This document shows positions 39,668 through 51,950 of a DNA stretch of 64,000 nucleotides, piece after piece. A program made the position numbers and the translations under genes. A model generated the notes under the pieces. It worked only from the letters and a program-made list of their open reading frames with translations. It was not told the DNA's origin and did no database searches. The stretch comes from Vicugna vicugna. Lineage: Eukaryota. The DNA lies in the NCBI GenBank assembly GCA_013265495.1, contig MU058198.1:5719779-5783778 (forward strand). The letters run 5' to 3'. The stretch's first letter is position 1. The number at the start of each line of letters is the position of its first letter.

Positions 39668-41280
39668 TGTGACAGATGGCATTTTCTACAGATGATGATA
39701 CCAGTATATCCCATCACACAGCTCTTATGAGGTGACAATGGCAGACCTCCACCCAGGAGGTGGGGAATCTGCGTTCTCTCCCCTTGATTCTGAGCGGGTC
39801 TGTGATTACGACAGAAGTGAACTCCATGACTTCCGAGGCTATGTTCAAAAAGGTGATACACCCCAGCAGCAATGAGCACACCTAACACCCAGATCTTGGT
39901 TTCTAATACCATTCCCCAATAAAGGGAACCAGGGCTCCTTGAAGAAATGGCTAATTCTAGATAGAGGTAGGAAATAAACATGATCTAGTGCACCTCGCAG
40001 TGCCAAAAGGTAAGGAAGTGCATACACACAAACGCACGCACACAGTCACAAACACGCAATGTGGGGAATGAAAGGCACACAGGAGTCAGCCTGAAAGAGT
40101 TCCCAATAGCCAGAGCTGGAACAATTCAGATAACAACAAAAGAACATACTATCAGATTATATAACCCAGAGTACAAATAAATAAGCATGAGTTAATTCTG
40201 ATAGAAATCAGTGATTGCATACAGAAATAAGTGGGGAAGAACAGACAAATCTCCCACACAGAAGACTTTTAAATAATGTGTGTCAGATACTCTGCCCTCA
40301 AGAAGGCAGAGTGTAACTCCTCACTCCTTGAGGGCTATGCATATTTAGTGACTCTCTTCTCAAAACTACAGTATGAAAAAGGGGGTGCGGATAATTTCAC
40401 AGTGGAGAAAACTAACAGTTACCACCTCAGCCACGTGATCAAGATTATCATCAACGGTGATCACTGGTATGTACGCTGGGTATGACGTGGTAAGAAAGGC
40501 ACTTCACCAAGGTGGTTTTCTTCCCCCAAACCTGTAACCCCAGCCGAATCATGACAAAAACATCAGAGCGGTCCCCATGGAGGGGCATTCTACATACTGC
40601 CTCACCAGTACTCTCTAGTGCTCAAAACTGTCAAGGCCATCAAACACAAGGAAAGTATGAGAAACAGCTCCAGGGACTAAGAAGACTAAATCTAGGTATC
40701 CTAGATGGAATCCTCAGACAGAAAAGGGATATTCGGTAAAAACTAAGGAAGTCTGAGAAAAGTATGAGCTTAGTTATAAAAACGTATCAGTATCAGTTCA
40801 TTAATTGTGATAAATGTGCAATGCTAACCTAAGAGAATAGGGGAAAGTGGGTGTGGGCTACATGGGAAACTTCTGTATTATCTTGGCAATTTTTCTGTAA
40901 ATCTAGGGCTATTGTAAAATTAAGGTTTAATTTTTTTTAAGTGATACAGCTTCCTTCTGGTACCCTTTTTCTTGGGGGCATATAACTTAAGACACCCTGC
41001 ATTATGTGGAAGTCCAGAGCTCAGACACCATCCTGGTGCAGAGACTGCAGAGAGGCTGCCTGAACCTTCCCAGCCCAGGGGCCAGATATGTGGGTGATCA
41101 GCCTTCCAGATAGCCTCCAGCCCCTGGCCTTCTAGCTGTCCTCGCTGACACCAAGTGGAACAAAGGCAAGCTGTCCCCACCATGCCCAGCCCAAACTGGA
41201 GATTCATGCACAACGTAAAGGTCATCTTAAGTCACCACACACTGTGGTGGTTTGTTTGCGGCATCAGATAAGTGGAACCA
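39668..41280 (+). mobile_element. MLT1-type MaLR LTR interrupted by an old L1M (L1MC/MD-like) 3' fragment at ~39861-40938
   Basis: The LTR halves join at a duplicated aa(g)gtgataca (39850-39860 and 40939-40948). The insert carries cagcaatgagcacacctaacacccagatcttggtttctaataccatt, typical of L1M 3' ends. Confidence 0.65.
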
Positions 41281-44200
41281 CTGGTCTGCAAAACCAACTT
41301 GAGTGATTGACTGATTGGCTTCTTCTGTGCATAGGAGCTGACCTTTGCTACATGCTAGACAGTGGGAACAGAGATTCACAAGACCTGGTCCCTGTTCTTG
41401 AAGAACTCACATTCCAGAGGAAGAAACTGAACCCCAAGAGAGTTAAGAACAAGTGATGACAGTACTTTTGGGCAAAGAATAGATGCAGCATTTTAGAGAC
41501 ACAGAGAACAGATGAAATGATGCTGGGGGACCCCAGGGATGTGAGAAAAGAGAATAAAGAACAAGTATTTATTGAGCACCAAATGTTACATTGTTTTAAA
41601 TGTGTCACAACATTTATATGAATTATTTTTTCCAATTAACCCTATGATGTCGTTATTATAACCATTCTAGAGATGAGGAAATTGAGGAACAGAGAAGTGA
41701 AGAGGCTGGTTAGGGCCTGCCAAGTGGCAGAGGTGGGATTTGAAGGTTCTCCCAGTTTTCCCATCTATAAAATGGGGATATTGGATAATGCACACCAAGG
41801 CCATTTCTGCCTCTGAGGCTGTTATGTGTGGGGTTTGCCTGGCCAGCATCTATTCCCCTTCTTCTAGTAACAGCTCCCCAGGTTTTGTGAGCAGAACTAC
41901 CCAACCTCCATTCTCAATTAACAGGGAGCAAATACCCCTTCTTGGTCAATCACAGTATCGCAAACACCTTATAAAGCAATCGGCTCAGGCATAGACATGG
42001 GAGCTCAAGACAGGCCAATGGAGTCCTCTCAGGGACCTTTTGCTGGAACTCTTAGGAAAGAGGCATTCTATCTCCACGGGAGTTGTTAAGCAGAAGATGC
42101 AAACTTGGAGCTGCCAAGGGCCATCATGAGAAGAGAGTCTGCCTGAGAATAAAACCAACCAGTTTAGAGGGAAAAAGAGAGGCCAAGAGAGGATGCAACA
42201 TCATCTGAGCACCTAGGTCCAGCCCTGCCTGAAGCTAAATCAATCCCTGGGATTATCTGTCATGTCATTCAATAAATGTGATCATTTGAGTTGGATTTCT
42301 GTAACTTACAACCAAAATATGTCTACTACAAATCAAGGATGATGATATGGGCTGGAGTTTGTCCTCATTTTTATTTTCCCTATTAATGTTAAGCTCTCCA
42401 GGGACATAAAATATGCCTTTTTCATCTTTGCAGCTTCATCTCCACCACCCCCACCAATATCTAACTGTGCCTGGCACATCAGAGGACTCAGAAAAATATT
42501 TGTAGAATTGCACTGATGGGCACCACTAATCACTTGCACCCCAAGTTTCTCCAGCTCCTTCAATAGATGTAAGCCCTCTGAAGGTCTGGGGGTACCTGAG
42601 CTTTGGTTTGATTCCTTCAGGAAGACAAGGCTCTGAGCAATTAAAATGTCTTCCTGCAGTTTCTGCAAGCAGCCAGGACTAGAGAATTGGGGCACAACTG
42701 TGCTCCAACAACTGTGTGACCTTGGGCAGGTTACTGCCTGAGCCTCCCCTTTTCATTTTTAAAATGGAATTTTAGTATCAGTGTCTCCAGAACCACAAGC
42801 AAAGATAAAATATGACAATGTGTATACAAAGCACACTCAAAAAATGGTAAACATTCAAGAAATGGTAACTATTTCCACTGTTGAAAACAATGGTAATCAT
42901 AACTCCAATGACGATGAGGCCAAATGGCCCCACCAGTCCCCCCGTGGAAATTCAGCCAAGGTCTTTGTCCATATTCACTCCCTCACTGCTCACTGGTGGC
43001 TTCTCCTGATGGACACAGGGTGAGGACAGGCCATCCTGTCCTCTCCTCTGTTATCCTCAGAAGCGTTAACACACCAGGTGGGGTACAGCTTCCGGAAACC
43101 TCCTGCAGCTGGGGGACAGCAGGGCTAAGAGGCAGCCAGGCCCAGATGTCTTGGCAACAGGGACTAGAGTGTTCTGTGGGGAGCAGAGCCCAGGCTGTTC
43201 CTCATCAAGACAGCCCAGAGTCTCAAGCTCCCTCCCTCCCCCACTTGCAGTCTGCACCGAAATTCCTAGAGGAAGACAAAGCAGCAGAACCTCCTAGACC
43301 CCAGGCCTGTTCAGGTTTTCTGGAGGAGCCCCATGAGCCCTGGAGATGGAAAAGGCACAGGGCTAAGCCTGGAGGCGGCAAGACCTAGTTTGGGTGCTTA
43401 CTGGCCACGGAGCCATTTGCAAAATGGCCAGAAAATGCCACCGCTCCTGGCCTCTTGCCACGTGCCCTCTCCGGAGCCAAGCATCTGCGAGTTCTTCCCA
43501 AGCGGCCCCTATTCATGAACCCCCCTTGCCAGTTTTCCCATATTCTGCCAACCCCTAATATTCGTACTATTTTCTTACCCCTCTTTATTCCAAGACACGT
43601 ATTCTTTCCACACTGAAACATCTGGTCAGGATGCATCTTGCAGACACTGTCATCACGTAATCGCCGTAGACCAGGTGGCCGTTGTGACAAAGATGTTACT
43701 GCCTACACGTGTGCAAACTGGGTGGCAACACCTGTCAGAATGAAAGCGTCAGCGACGCTGCAGTGTTCCCCGGCATGGAAGAAAACGCCTCCCCAGGCAC
43801 CCCTTGTACTACCGGTGGGAGCACCCACACTTTGAGAATCTTGGCTATGAGTCACCCCTCTGGTCTCCCCACTCCCTGCTCCCTGAAGACAGGCTGTTTT
43901 CTCCGCCTGGAACACCCCCCTCCCCACGGAAGTTATCTGAGTTACTCCTTTTCCGGTTATCCGATGCTGAGCTAGCCTAAAGCTCAGTAGCATCCGATAA
44001 CCGTGATAACGTGCTGGCAGGTTCTGTGGGATGGGAAACGGCATAGCAGACAGTTGTCTCTGCTCCAACATTTCCAGGGTTCAGCTGGGAAGACGTGGAT
44101 GGCTGGGGTGGGAATCTTCTAAAGGCTCATTCACTCAGGTGCCTGGTACCTGGGCTTCAGGGTGGTCAGATGTCGTCTATGGTCGTTCCAGGCTTCTGAG

Positions 44201-45708
44201 AGTTCCAGCGAACAAAGCAGAAGCTACATCACTTTCTAAGACCCAGCCCCAGAAGGCCCACGACATCACCCCTGCCATATTCTATTGATAAAAGTAGTCA
44301 CAAGCCTATCAGAAACAAGGGACAGGAAGCGGGACCTGGACGAGTAGGCGAATGGGAGGTTGGAATATACGGATTTTAGGACAGGCAGGAGAATGAGAAC
44401 TATAGTTTGAGATGTACAGGGGTCTTATTAATACCACCACCTTGGGACACAGGTTCTCATACCCATTTCATGGAGGCGAACACTAAGGCTCAGAAAGGCA
44501 GTAAGTGTTCCAGTCTGTTCGGCTTCAAGGACTTTTTGCCTCCATCCCAGTGGAGACCACTCAACAGAACTCCATGATTTTCCCTTCCTAGTCTTTTAAG
44601 ATCATTTTAGACTCACTTGGTCCTTGCTGAGGCAGTGATGAACCAATGTGGAATAAAGGCACAGAATTGGTAAGTGACCAGCCCTGGGTCATGCAGTCAA
44701 TCGATGGGAGAGCCAGTGTCTAGGAGGTTTTCACACCACCTTTAAACAATTGAAGTAAATTAAACATCTCTTCCATTGTCAAGCTAAATGTTTTTCAGTT
44801 TGGAGTTTTGCTTGAATGTGTGTATTTTAAATAAATGTGATAATTAAGCCACAAACGTTCCCAGCACACTTGGATATATTAAAATTACAGGCTGCTGATC
44901 AAACGGAGAAAAATCACAAACACGGACATAAATGATGTCTTTTGTTCGTTCTGTGCCTTTTGCAGCACTCAAATGGGTCTGTCAGCTTGACAGCCAATTC
45001 CAAGGCTGCGGGGAATGTGGGGAGGTGGGGGTGGGGGATTGGCAACGGGACCACAGAAAGTGGAACCCTGTGGTGAAAGATTGTGGTTCTCTTCTTTTCT
45101 GAAAACATGTCATCTGCGCCCATAATTCATCTCAACCAGCCAGTTCTGAAAACACAAACAAGCTGGCAAAGGGGTGTTTGTCTCTGCCTGGCTGGCAGCA
45201 CCCTGCACTTACTGTTAAAAGGCCAGAACCCCTTTCTTGATCATTGTAGAAGAGAATCGGGTGTCCTGCTAGAACCAGGGGGTGCTGAGTTCGAATTTCC
45301 TTTGGCCCTTTGCTGGGGGGCCTGTGTGGGCTCCTAGGGGCCGAGTGCCCCCCTTACTGTAGTCTGTCCATCCACTGTGAAAAAAAAAACAAAATCAAAC
45401 TTAGTGAGGGGAGACTTGATTTGAAAGGATGATTGGAAGTGGGGAAGGAGGCTATTCCAACAGAGAGAACCCTAGGACCATCGGGTCTACAAGTGTCTTA
45501 ATGTTGTGGCAAAAAGAATTTTTCTTTTGCAGGGAGGGGAAAGCAAGGCAAGGAAGAACTGGGAGGTGGGATGAAAGGGTAGGTCAGGGAACATTTTACC
45601 CCAATGTTTTATTCTCAGGAGGAGCTGTCTGCTGGCTAAGGTTGAGAATGGGCCAAAGTTCAGGGGCCTGGAAGAAGGAGGGAATTGAACCAAAGTTTCG
45701 TTCACAAG

Positions 45709-46673
45709 TGTCTACTGAAAAAAAAAAAAAAAGCGCAACCCAAAAGTTGAGAGCTATGTTTTACTCAGGGACATTACTGAGCTACTGAGGACTATAGCCT
45801 GGGAGGCAGCCTCTCAGATTGTAGTAGGAAATAACAAACCTAACTCCATATTAGATCTGTTCCTTTAGCTCTAACCCTGTGCTGTGTTTCCTGTGCTAAG
45901 TCATGCTGGTTCTGCACCTTCTGCAAAAGAATGTTGCCCGTAGCCTGAAATATACAGGAGAGCCCATTCTTAAGGCTCTGACCTTTAAGGGTATAATACT
46001 TTTTCATTCATATAGAGATAAAAAGTTGCAGAACAGAGACTAACATTTGTCTTGTTGGAGGTTTACAGGAATATCATGACCTGACGTATATGGGTAGCTG
46101 CAAGAACAAAGGATTCTGTCACCAAGAAGTTTGCAACAACCAACCACACCCCTCCCTTTTTAGCAAAAAAGGAGCCTGAATTCTGACTTGGGGAAGATAG
46201 TTCTCTAGGACATTAGGCCCCCATCTTCTTGGTCTGCTGGCTTTCCGAATAAAGTTGTTATTCCTTGCCCCAACACCTCATCTCCCAATTTACTGGCCTG
46301 TCATGCAGTGAGAAGGACGAGTTTAGACTCGGTAATAAGGCAGCTCTGAGGAGCTGTTCCAAAGAGGTAAGGGAGGAGACAGGACATACAGGAGTTTTTG
46401 CTGAAAACAAACAAATAAAACATGTAGCAGAACATCAAAATATTACTGCTAACCACAAAAAAACACACATCTCAAGTCAGTGATTGTAATGCTTTTCTAT
46501 CTTTGGGAAGATGAAAGAGTCTGGACTTACTGAAATTTTTCCTTTGATAATGCACCTTAACTCTCTAGGACCAGTATCTTTGTTTTTCTCCTTCCTGAAT
46601 TCCCCTCGGGGCTGACCCATGGGCAGCTGCAGTGGCTGACGGCTTGATGTCGGACAATATTTTTTTGTCCACA
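45709..46673 (-). mobile_element. Middle ERV1-type LTR nested in the outer LTR
   Basis: tgtctactgaaaaaa ... tttttgtccaca; flanks CAAG/CAAT. Confidence 0.65.
45820..46337 (+). mobile_element. Inner ERV1 LTR (MER41-like 3' end)
   Basis: tgtagtaggaaataac...aataaagttgttattccttgcccc...ctcggtaata. The host sequence ctctcagat/agctctgagg resumes on either side. Confidence 0.7.
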
Positions 46674-47274
46674 CAATTTTACTCAGATTGATTGGTGGAA
46701 ACAAGCAATTCAGCTAATCATTTATGAGGCAAAAAACGGGGATTTGGAGGCTCTATGACTGGTCTTGTCAAGGTAAACAAAGCAGGCATCCATGAGTCTT
46801 CCCCAAGTCACAAAGGGAAGGGTGCTTCTTTGCAGCAAGTAGTTTTCCAGAACACAAAAGGGTGAAAGGACTTCCTTTAACCTTCACTGTTTCCCAGGAG
46901 CACAGGGCTCAGGTACAACCCAAAGCTGTCATCACTCAGCTGGGGGTGATAATTATGAGTTATCTATGATTTTAATATTTTTAAAGAGCCTTGGAAGAGC
47001 TGGGTACATAGTAAATGCTCAATAAATATTTGTGAATCTCACTTACCTTGAGGAGAGGGGTGAGTTTATTCAGCGTGTTTTCTTTGGTGCTAGTACAGTA
47101 CCCAAATTCACTGATCTGATTGAATTGGGCTGAATTCCACTGAATGAGTGAGTCTTCGTCTCCTTGTCTGTAAATAAGACGTAATAATCTCCACTCACAG
47201 GGTTGTTGAGAGAATTAAGTATTTTTGAAGAGTCTAAGGGGCCCAGACAATGCTGATACGTCCCTTGCGATCAG

Positions 47275-47711
47275 TGACAAAGACTTTTTCATCAACTTAA
47301 CTCTAGTCAGACTCTTCTGAGTCCTCTTTGTGACTAGATCTTGCCCTTGGGTTTGCCCTTGGCTTGTTTAGTCTAGTTTTAGCAAGAATTTTGCTGGGTC
47401 AATTTAGCAAAAATCCCCCACCCTTCATATCTGATTAAACTCTTTATCCTCCACCCTTGATATCCTGGACCGCCTTCTGCAAAAAATCCTGTGACGTTCG
47501 TTTAGCCAGAATTCCCCTTACCCCTGAAGTTTCCTAATAATTTTCCATCTACTGACCCAGATCCTGCTCCTTGGCTATAAATCTCCACTTGTCCTTGGTG
47601 TATTCCGAGTTGTGCCCCATCTCTGTTCCCCATCACAACTCCCTCATTGTAGCATAATAAAGTCTGCCTTACTGCCTTTAACAAGTGTCACAAATAACGT
47701 TTTCTTTAACA
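47275..47711 (+). mobile_element. MER31-like ERV1 LTR
   Basis: tgacaaagact...ctctagtcagactcttctgag...ggctataaat...aataaagtctgccttac...tttctttaaca. Confidence 0.7.
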
Positions 47712-48099
47712 CTCGTAAGTGAATTCCCTTCCCTTTTCCCCTCCGACTCCAAACCTAATCTGACCATAACTTTCTATCGCCTCTGTTCAGTGCTTCAAAA
47801 GAAACCCCAGTGACACCCACACCACTCAGCATTAAGGTAACAGTGGTGAAGTCTCTGATCCCTTGCCTGACACTCCTTCCTGAAACTCAGGTCCTTCTCA
47901 CTCCCACAGGATGCAGCCCTTGAGGGTTCAAACTCGATACCTACGACTTTCCAGAAGTTCTAAGATACTTTATTTCACTGAGCCTCGATTTACCTCTCCG
48001 TAAAAGAGGAAGAGTAATCCTAGTGGTAGGATTAGACAAAATGGTGGACGGGAAGCTGCTTTGCACAAGAAGGTATCGATGTAGAGGAAATCGCAGGCG

Positions 48100-49170
48100 T
48101 TACCTACGTGGAAGCAGAAACCCAGGGAAAAGCCCAACCCTAGGAGGGCGCTCCACCCTCCGGGCTTTTAAATGGGGCGGGGTAGGGCGGGGCTGTGACA
48201 TCGATCACTCGGCGCTCCTCTAGGCACTCCTTGGTGATCAGACGAGCTGTGAGTGATCGATACTCCTCGCGCAAGCCTCTGACTACTTGGAGAAAGCCGG
48301 GGTATGCGGTCCAAAGGGACAGCTCGTCGCCGGCCCCCCGGGCGACTCTACGGCGTCCACACTCGAGACAGGTGAGTTTGAACAACTCAAGAGGGTGGGC
48401 AGCTCTGGCTACTTAGAAGCGGAAGGGACCGAGCTGGCAGCGGAGGACTGCGCAGGCGTCATGTGAAGAGGTCTCGCGCGAGCGCCTCGGAAAGCCCGGG
48501 GGCGGCCCCTGAAAGCCGCGTAACTGAGAGGTGGTGTTGAGGAGGGGGAGCAGGGCCGGCGCATGCGCTCTGAGAACACAGTGTAGTAGTTCAACTCTCC
48601 TGCACTTTCCGGATCGGAAGTCCCGCGCGTGCCTGGTACTCTTCTTAGGCCAGTCATTTCCTTTTGTGCATGCGTGCGCCTAGGCTGTTGTGCGCCTGCG
48701 TGAGTCTTGGTGCCGTTCGTGCCACTCCAGTGCGCCTGCGCGGCCTCTGGTTTTCATAAGTGTTTGTACCTGCAGGTGCATGCCGCCTGTGTCTCCCGGG
48801 CCAGTCGCCCTGTGTTTTTGGCCTGGAGGTAGACCTACAGGTCACACTTGAACCATCGGGTCCCGAATGTAGGACGCGGGAAATGAAACCTCGGGGAAGG
48901 CGCTGGAGAGGGAAATGGTGTGAGGCCTTGGGGTGGACCCGGTACATAGACCCCGCCCAACCCTCGCGTCCCAGGGAACCCTGTGCGCCTTGTGCGTGTG
49001 GCCGCCGGATGGAAAGGGGTGTCTAACTCGATAGGAGTTAACTCTGAGCATCGGTATCGCGTTCTGCCCCACGAGATCCAGCCAGGGTAAATCACCGTGC
49101 TCAGTAGGATTAGAGCAAGTCCAAGGGCAGGAGGTGGGCAGGTGTTGGGCCCACATCGACGGCCCGAGCC
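48100..49170 (+). promoter_or_regulatory. KDM8: CpG-island promoter and non-coding first exon region of KDM8
   Basis: Dense CpG. GC boxes GGGGCGGGG (48174) and GGGCGGGG (48185). NRF1 palindrome GCGCATGCGC (48559-48568) plus TGCGCAGGCG (48449) and TGCGCCTGCG (48691, 48731). Inverted ETS pair TTCCGG..CGGAAGT (48607-48621). Candidate donors CAG|GTGAGT (48371) and TGC|GTGAGT (48699). Confidence 0.88.
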
Positions 49171-49199
49171 AGTCTGCACATAACAAAACTGGACAGGCT

Positions 49200-51950
49200 G
49201 TTCCCAGAAGGCCAGTTAGAGACCCATATATTCTGGAAGGAGTTTTAGGGTTTTAAAGATAATGTAAGAGAATTCTGGGATGACTGCGGTGGCTTCTTCC
49301 TAGGAGACTATTTTAGAACTGACAGGAACCCACTTGGGCTCTTGACTAACAGCCAGCCAGAGGTCAGCTTACATAATACATTCCATTTGGATGGTGATTT
49401 ATGAAGTGAGGACCTTGGACTGTTGTGTATAGCCTATACTTGGCTCTTCTGTTTAAGTGACCAACAAGAAGCATTTTAGAAAGTTTACATTAGGTTGATT
49501 TATAAAGCCAAGACAAAAACCACTCTGAGAGGTTAGCTCCTGTGACCATTGTCAGACCCACTTTTCAAGATTATTTCATGTACAAACGACAGCCCTTTAT
49601 GTAAGAAGCCAAGACACAGTCCACTGAGAAAGTCTATTTTGTGCAACCTGTGCCTGACCTTCCCCCAAGAGCCATCCCATGTTGTGAGGCCAATACATGC
49701 GGCCCTGTGGAAGACCAGTTTACAAAGCCAAGACACAGGCTTTATAACCACTCAGGCTGTTTCTATACCTGACACCTCCACCCTCATCCCTTTCAAAAAA
49801 AAGTCTTCTGTGACCAACAGGGGTCTTTTAAGGGGACTGACTAAAGAGAAGATACAAGGGCACTCAGGCTTTTTATATAGCCTATATTTAGGGTGACCAG
49901 AGGTCTCAATTTAACTAGAGTAATGCCAGTTTATGATTTGTCCAGTCATAAATATTGAAATACATGCATAGTTCCCTAAAAGCTGCTATCAGGTCTCCCA
50001 GTATTTGACTGGTGTAAGATGAAATTTCTCCGTGCAGAAATGAAAGTTCCAAACAGTGAAAAACAAACATTGGAGAAAATGATGAGAATAAGAAGTTTTA
50101 CAAAAGAAAAATAAATATTCTTTACCGAGCTCAATAAATAAATAAAAGGCCTATTTATAGCATCCCAGTTTGTATGATACATTCTGTAGTTAACTCCCCT
50201 ATACCTGACCACTGCAAGGCTGTTTATATTGCCTGCTTCTGCACTTTTATGCGGAGCTGTAAGAGGCCAATTTAAAGGCCAGTCTACAGTCCCACTCTGA
50301 GGGACTCAACACAGTCTGTCCTTAACTCCCTCCTCTGGAAGTTTTATTCATTTAATACAACCTTTCATAAAAGGCAATTCAATGAGGAACTCTGGGAAAG
50401 AAATCAGGAAAGCCCAGCCCCAAGGCTACTCAAGCTGATACCTTCCTCCGGAAAACTGCTTGGTACAATTATCAAGAAACCTTTTTCTTAGACCAATACT
50501 TGGGGAATGCTGGAAGCCTGGTTTGTAAAGCCAAGACATGAGGCCACTGAGACAGGCTGTTGGATGCAGCCTAAACGTCACCTTTACTGGAAGGCCGTAT
50601 CAGATGGTTGTGAGAAGGCTGCAGCTTTCAGACCGCACGAGGCCAGCTCCCCTGGAAGGCTTTCATACAGCCAACAAGAAGGTGTTCCGGCCAGCGCAGG
50701 ACCTTTCTCCAATGAGGCCATTTAAGATGGCTGACAGGAAACATGGGAGATAGGTTTGCAAAACTAAGGCAAAGTCCTGGCCCTTAGACAAGGCCCAATA
50801 TGTAAAGACACAGGTCATGAGGCCACTTTGGAAGCCTTTTATATACTAGGAGGTGACTTTTCCCCTCAAAGCTATTTGATACAGCAACTACTTAAAAGGC
50901 CAGATCATGAAAGATTCTGGGAGGCCTATGGCCCCAAGCCATAACACTCCTCAGATGGATAAAGGCCAGCATGCTGCTTCACCCTGGGAAGTTGCTTCAT
51001 GCTGCCAAAGTAAGGCTCTCTGGGAGGCTAGGATTTTAAGATCAATCATGAGGCTTTCTGTGGGGCCATTTCACGTGGCTAATACAGACGCAATCTGAAA
51101 AACCATTTTGAAAATCGTAAAGCCCCTGCCTCTGGAACGCTGTGTTATGTAGTGCCAGCTTAAGTACCTCTGAAGGCTCTGTTGTAAGGCCATTCGCTGA
51201 GGAACTCTGGATTCAAAATAAGTTACTAAGATTCTTATGTGGCCAAGAGGAGACATTTGTACAGCCAGCTTGTGGCCCTCTTTCCCAGAAGGCTGCCTCA
51301 CATGGCCATCAGTATGAAACCCTCTCCTTGGGCATTTTGCAGAGCAGCACATGGCTGCCTTGGGAGGCCATTTGGGGAACCCAGGTTAGAGCAGTGCATG
51401 AGGTCACCTTGGGAAGCTGGTTTGCACAGCAGCACATGAGGCTAATTTAGAGGCTGGCTTTGTAAAGTCACCCTCAGAGGCCAGTTTACAAAGTCCAAAA
51501 TCTGCATCCCGTGGAACTAGTTTCTAGGCCATTTGAAACCCTCTGGGAGGCCATTTTATAAGGCCACTAAAAGCCAATTTACAAAGCTGGCACATAGGCC
51601 CCAGTGGAAGTCATTTTTATATTAAGGCAAATAAGTGGTCTTCTGGGAGGCCTTTTTATAGACCTTTGTGAGAAGCCAGAATATGAGGCCTCTGAGGTCT
51701 TTTGAATGCTCAGGATGAGACTTTTCAAAATGGGTTTATAAGACTCATGTAAGACAACTCAGGAATGAGCCCCAAGGCCACCCAGGGAGGCCAGTTGATG
51801 GTCCACATGCTGTTTTGTGTGTGACCACACTGAAAGGCTGAACTGTGATGCTCTCCAAGAAGGCTGTTAATGAGGCCAGCACAGGACATTTAGGAGTCTT
51901 CTGGAAGGCTGGAGGTAGAAGTCATCCTGGCAGGCTTGGGCCAGGCCACT
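49200..51950 (+). repeat. Degenerate AGGCC-rich tandem array in KDM8 intron 1
   Basis: Recurring units resembling CTCTGGGAGGCCAGTTTACAAAGCCAAGACATGAGGCCA at ~49495, 49595, 49705, 50510, 50790, 51415, 51470, 51541 and 51641. Confidence 0.75.

Larger units (their letters stand above)
45376..46931 (-). mobile_element. Outer ERV1 LTR (MER67-like) hosting two nested LTRs
   Basis: TG..CA termini; flanks CCAC/TCAC. Reverse complement of the right end (tgacagc...cctgagccctgtgctcctggg) resembles MER67. Confidence 0.65.

Noticed and set aside
1..48000. C16orf82 (TNT), the upstream neighbour of KDM8 in human
   Set aside because: No ORF resembles it as I recall the protein; it probably lies outside this window.
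49200..51950. CRISPR-like repeat-spacer array
   Set aside because: Units are highly degenerate, lack unique spacers of regular length, and lie in a mammalian intron with no cas genes.
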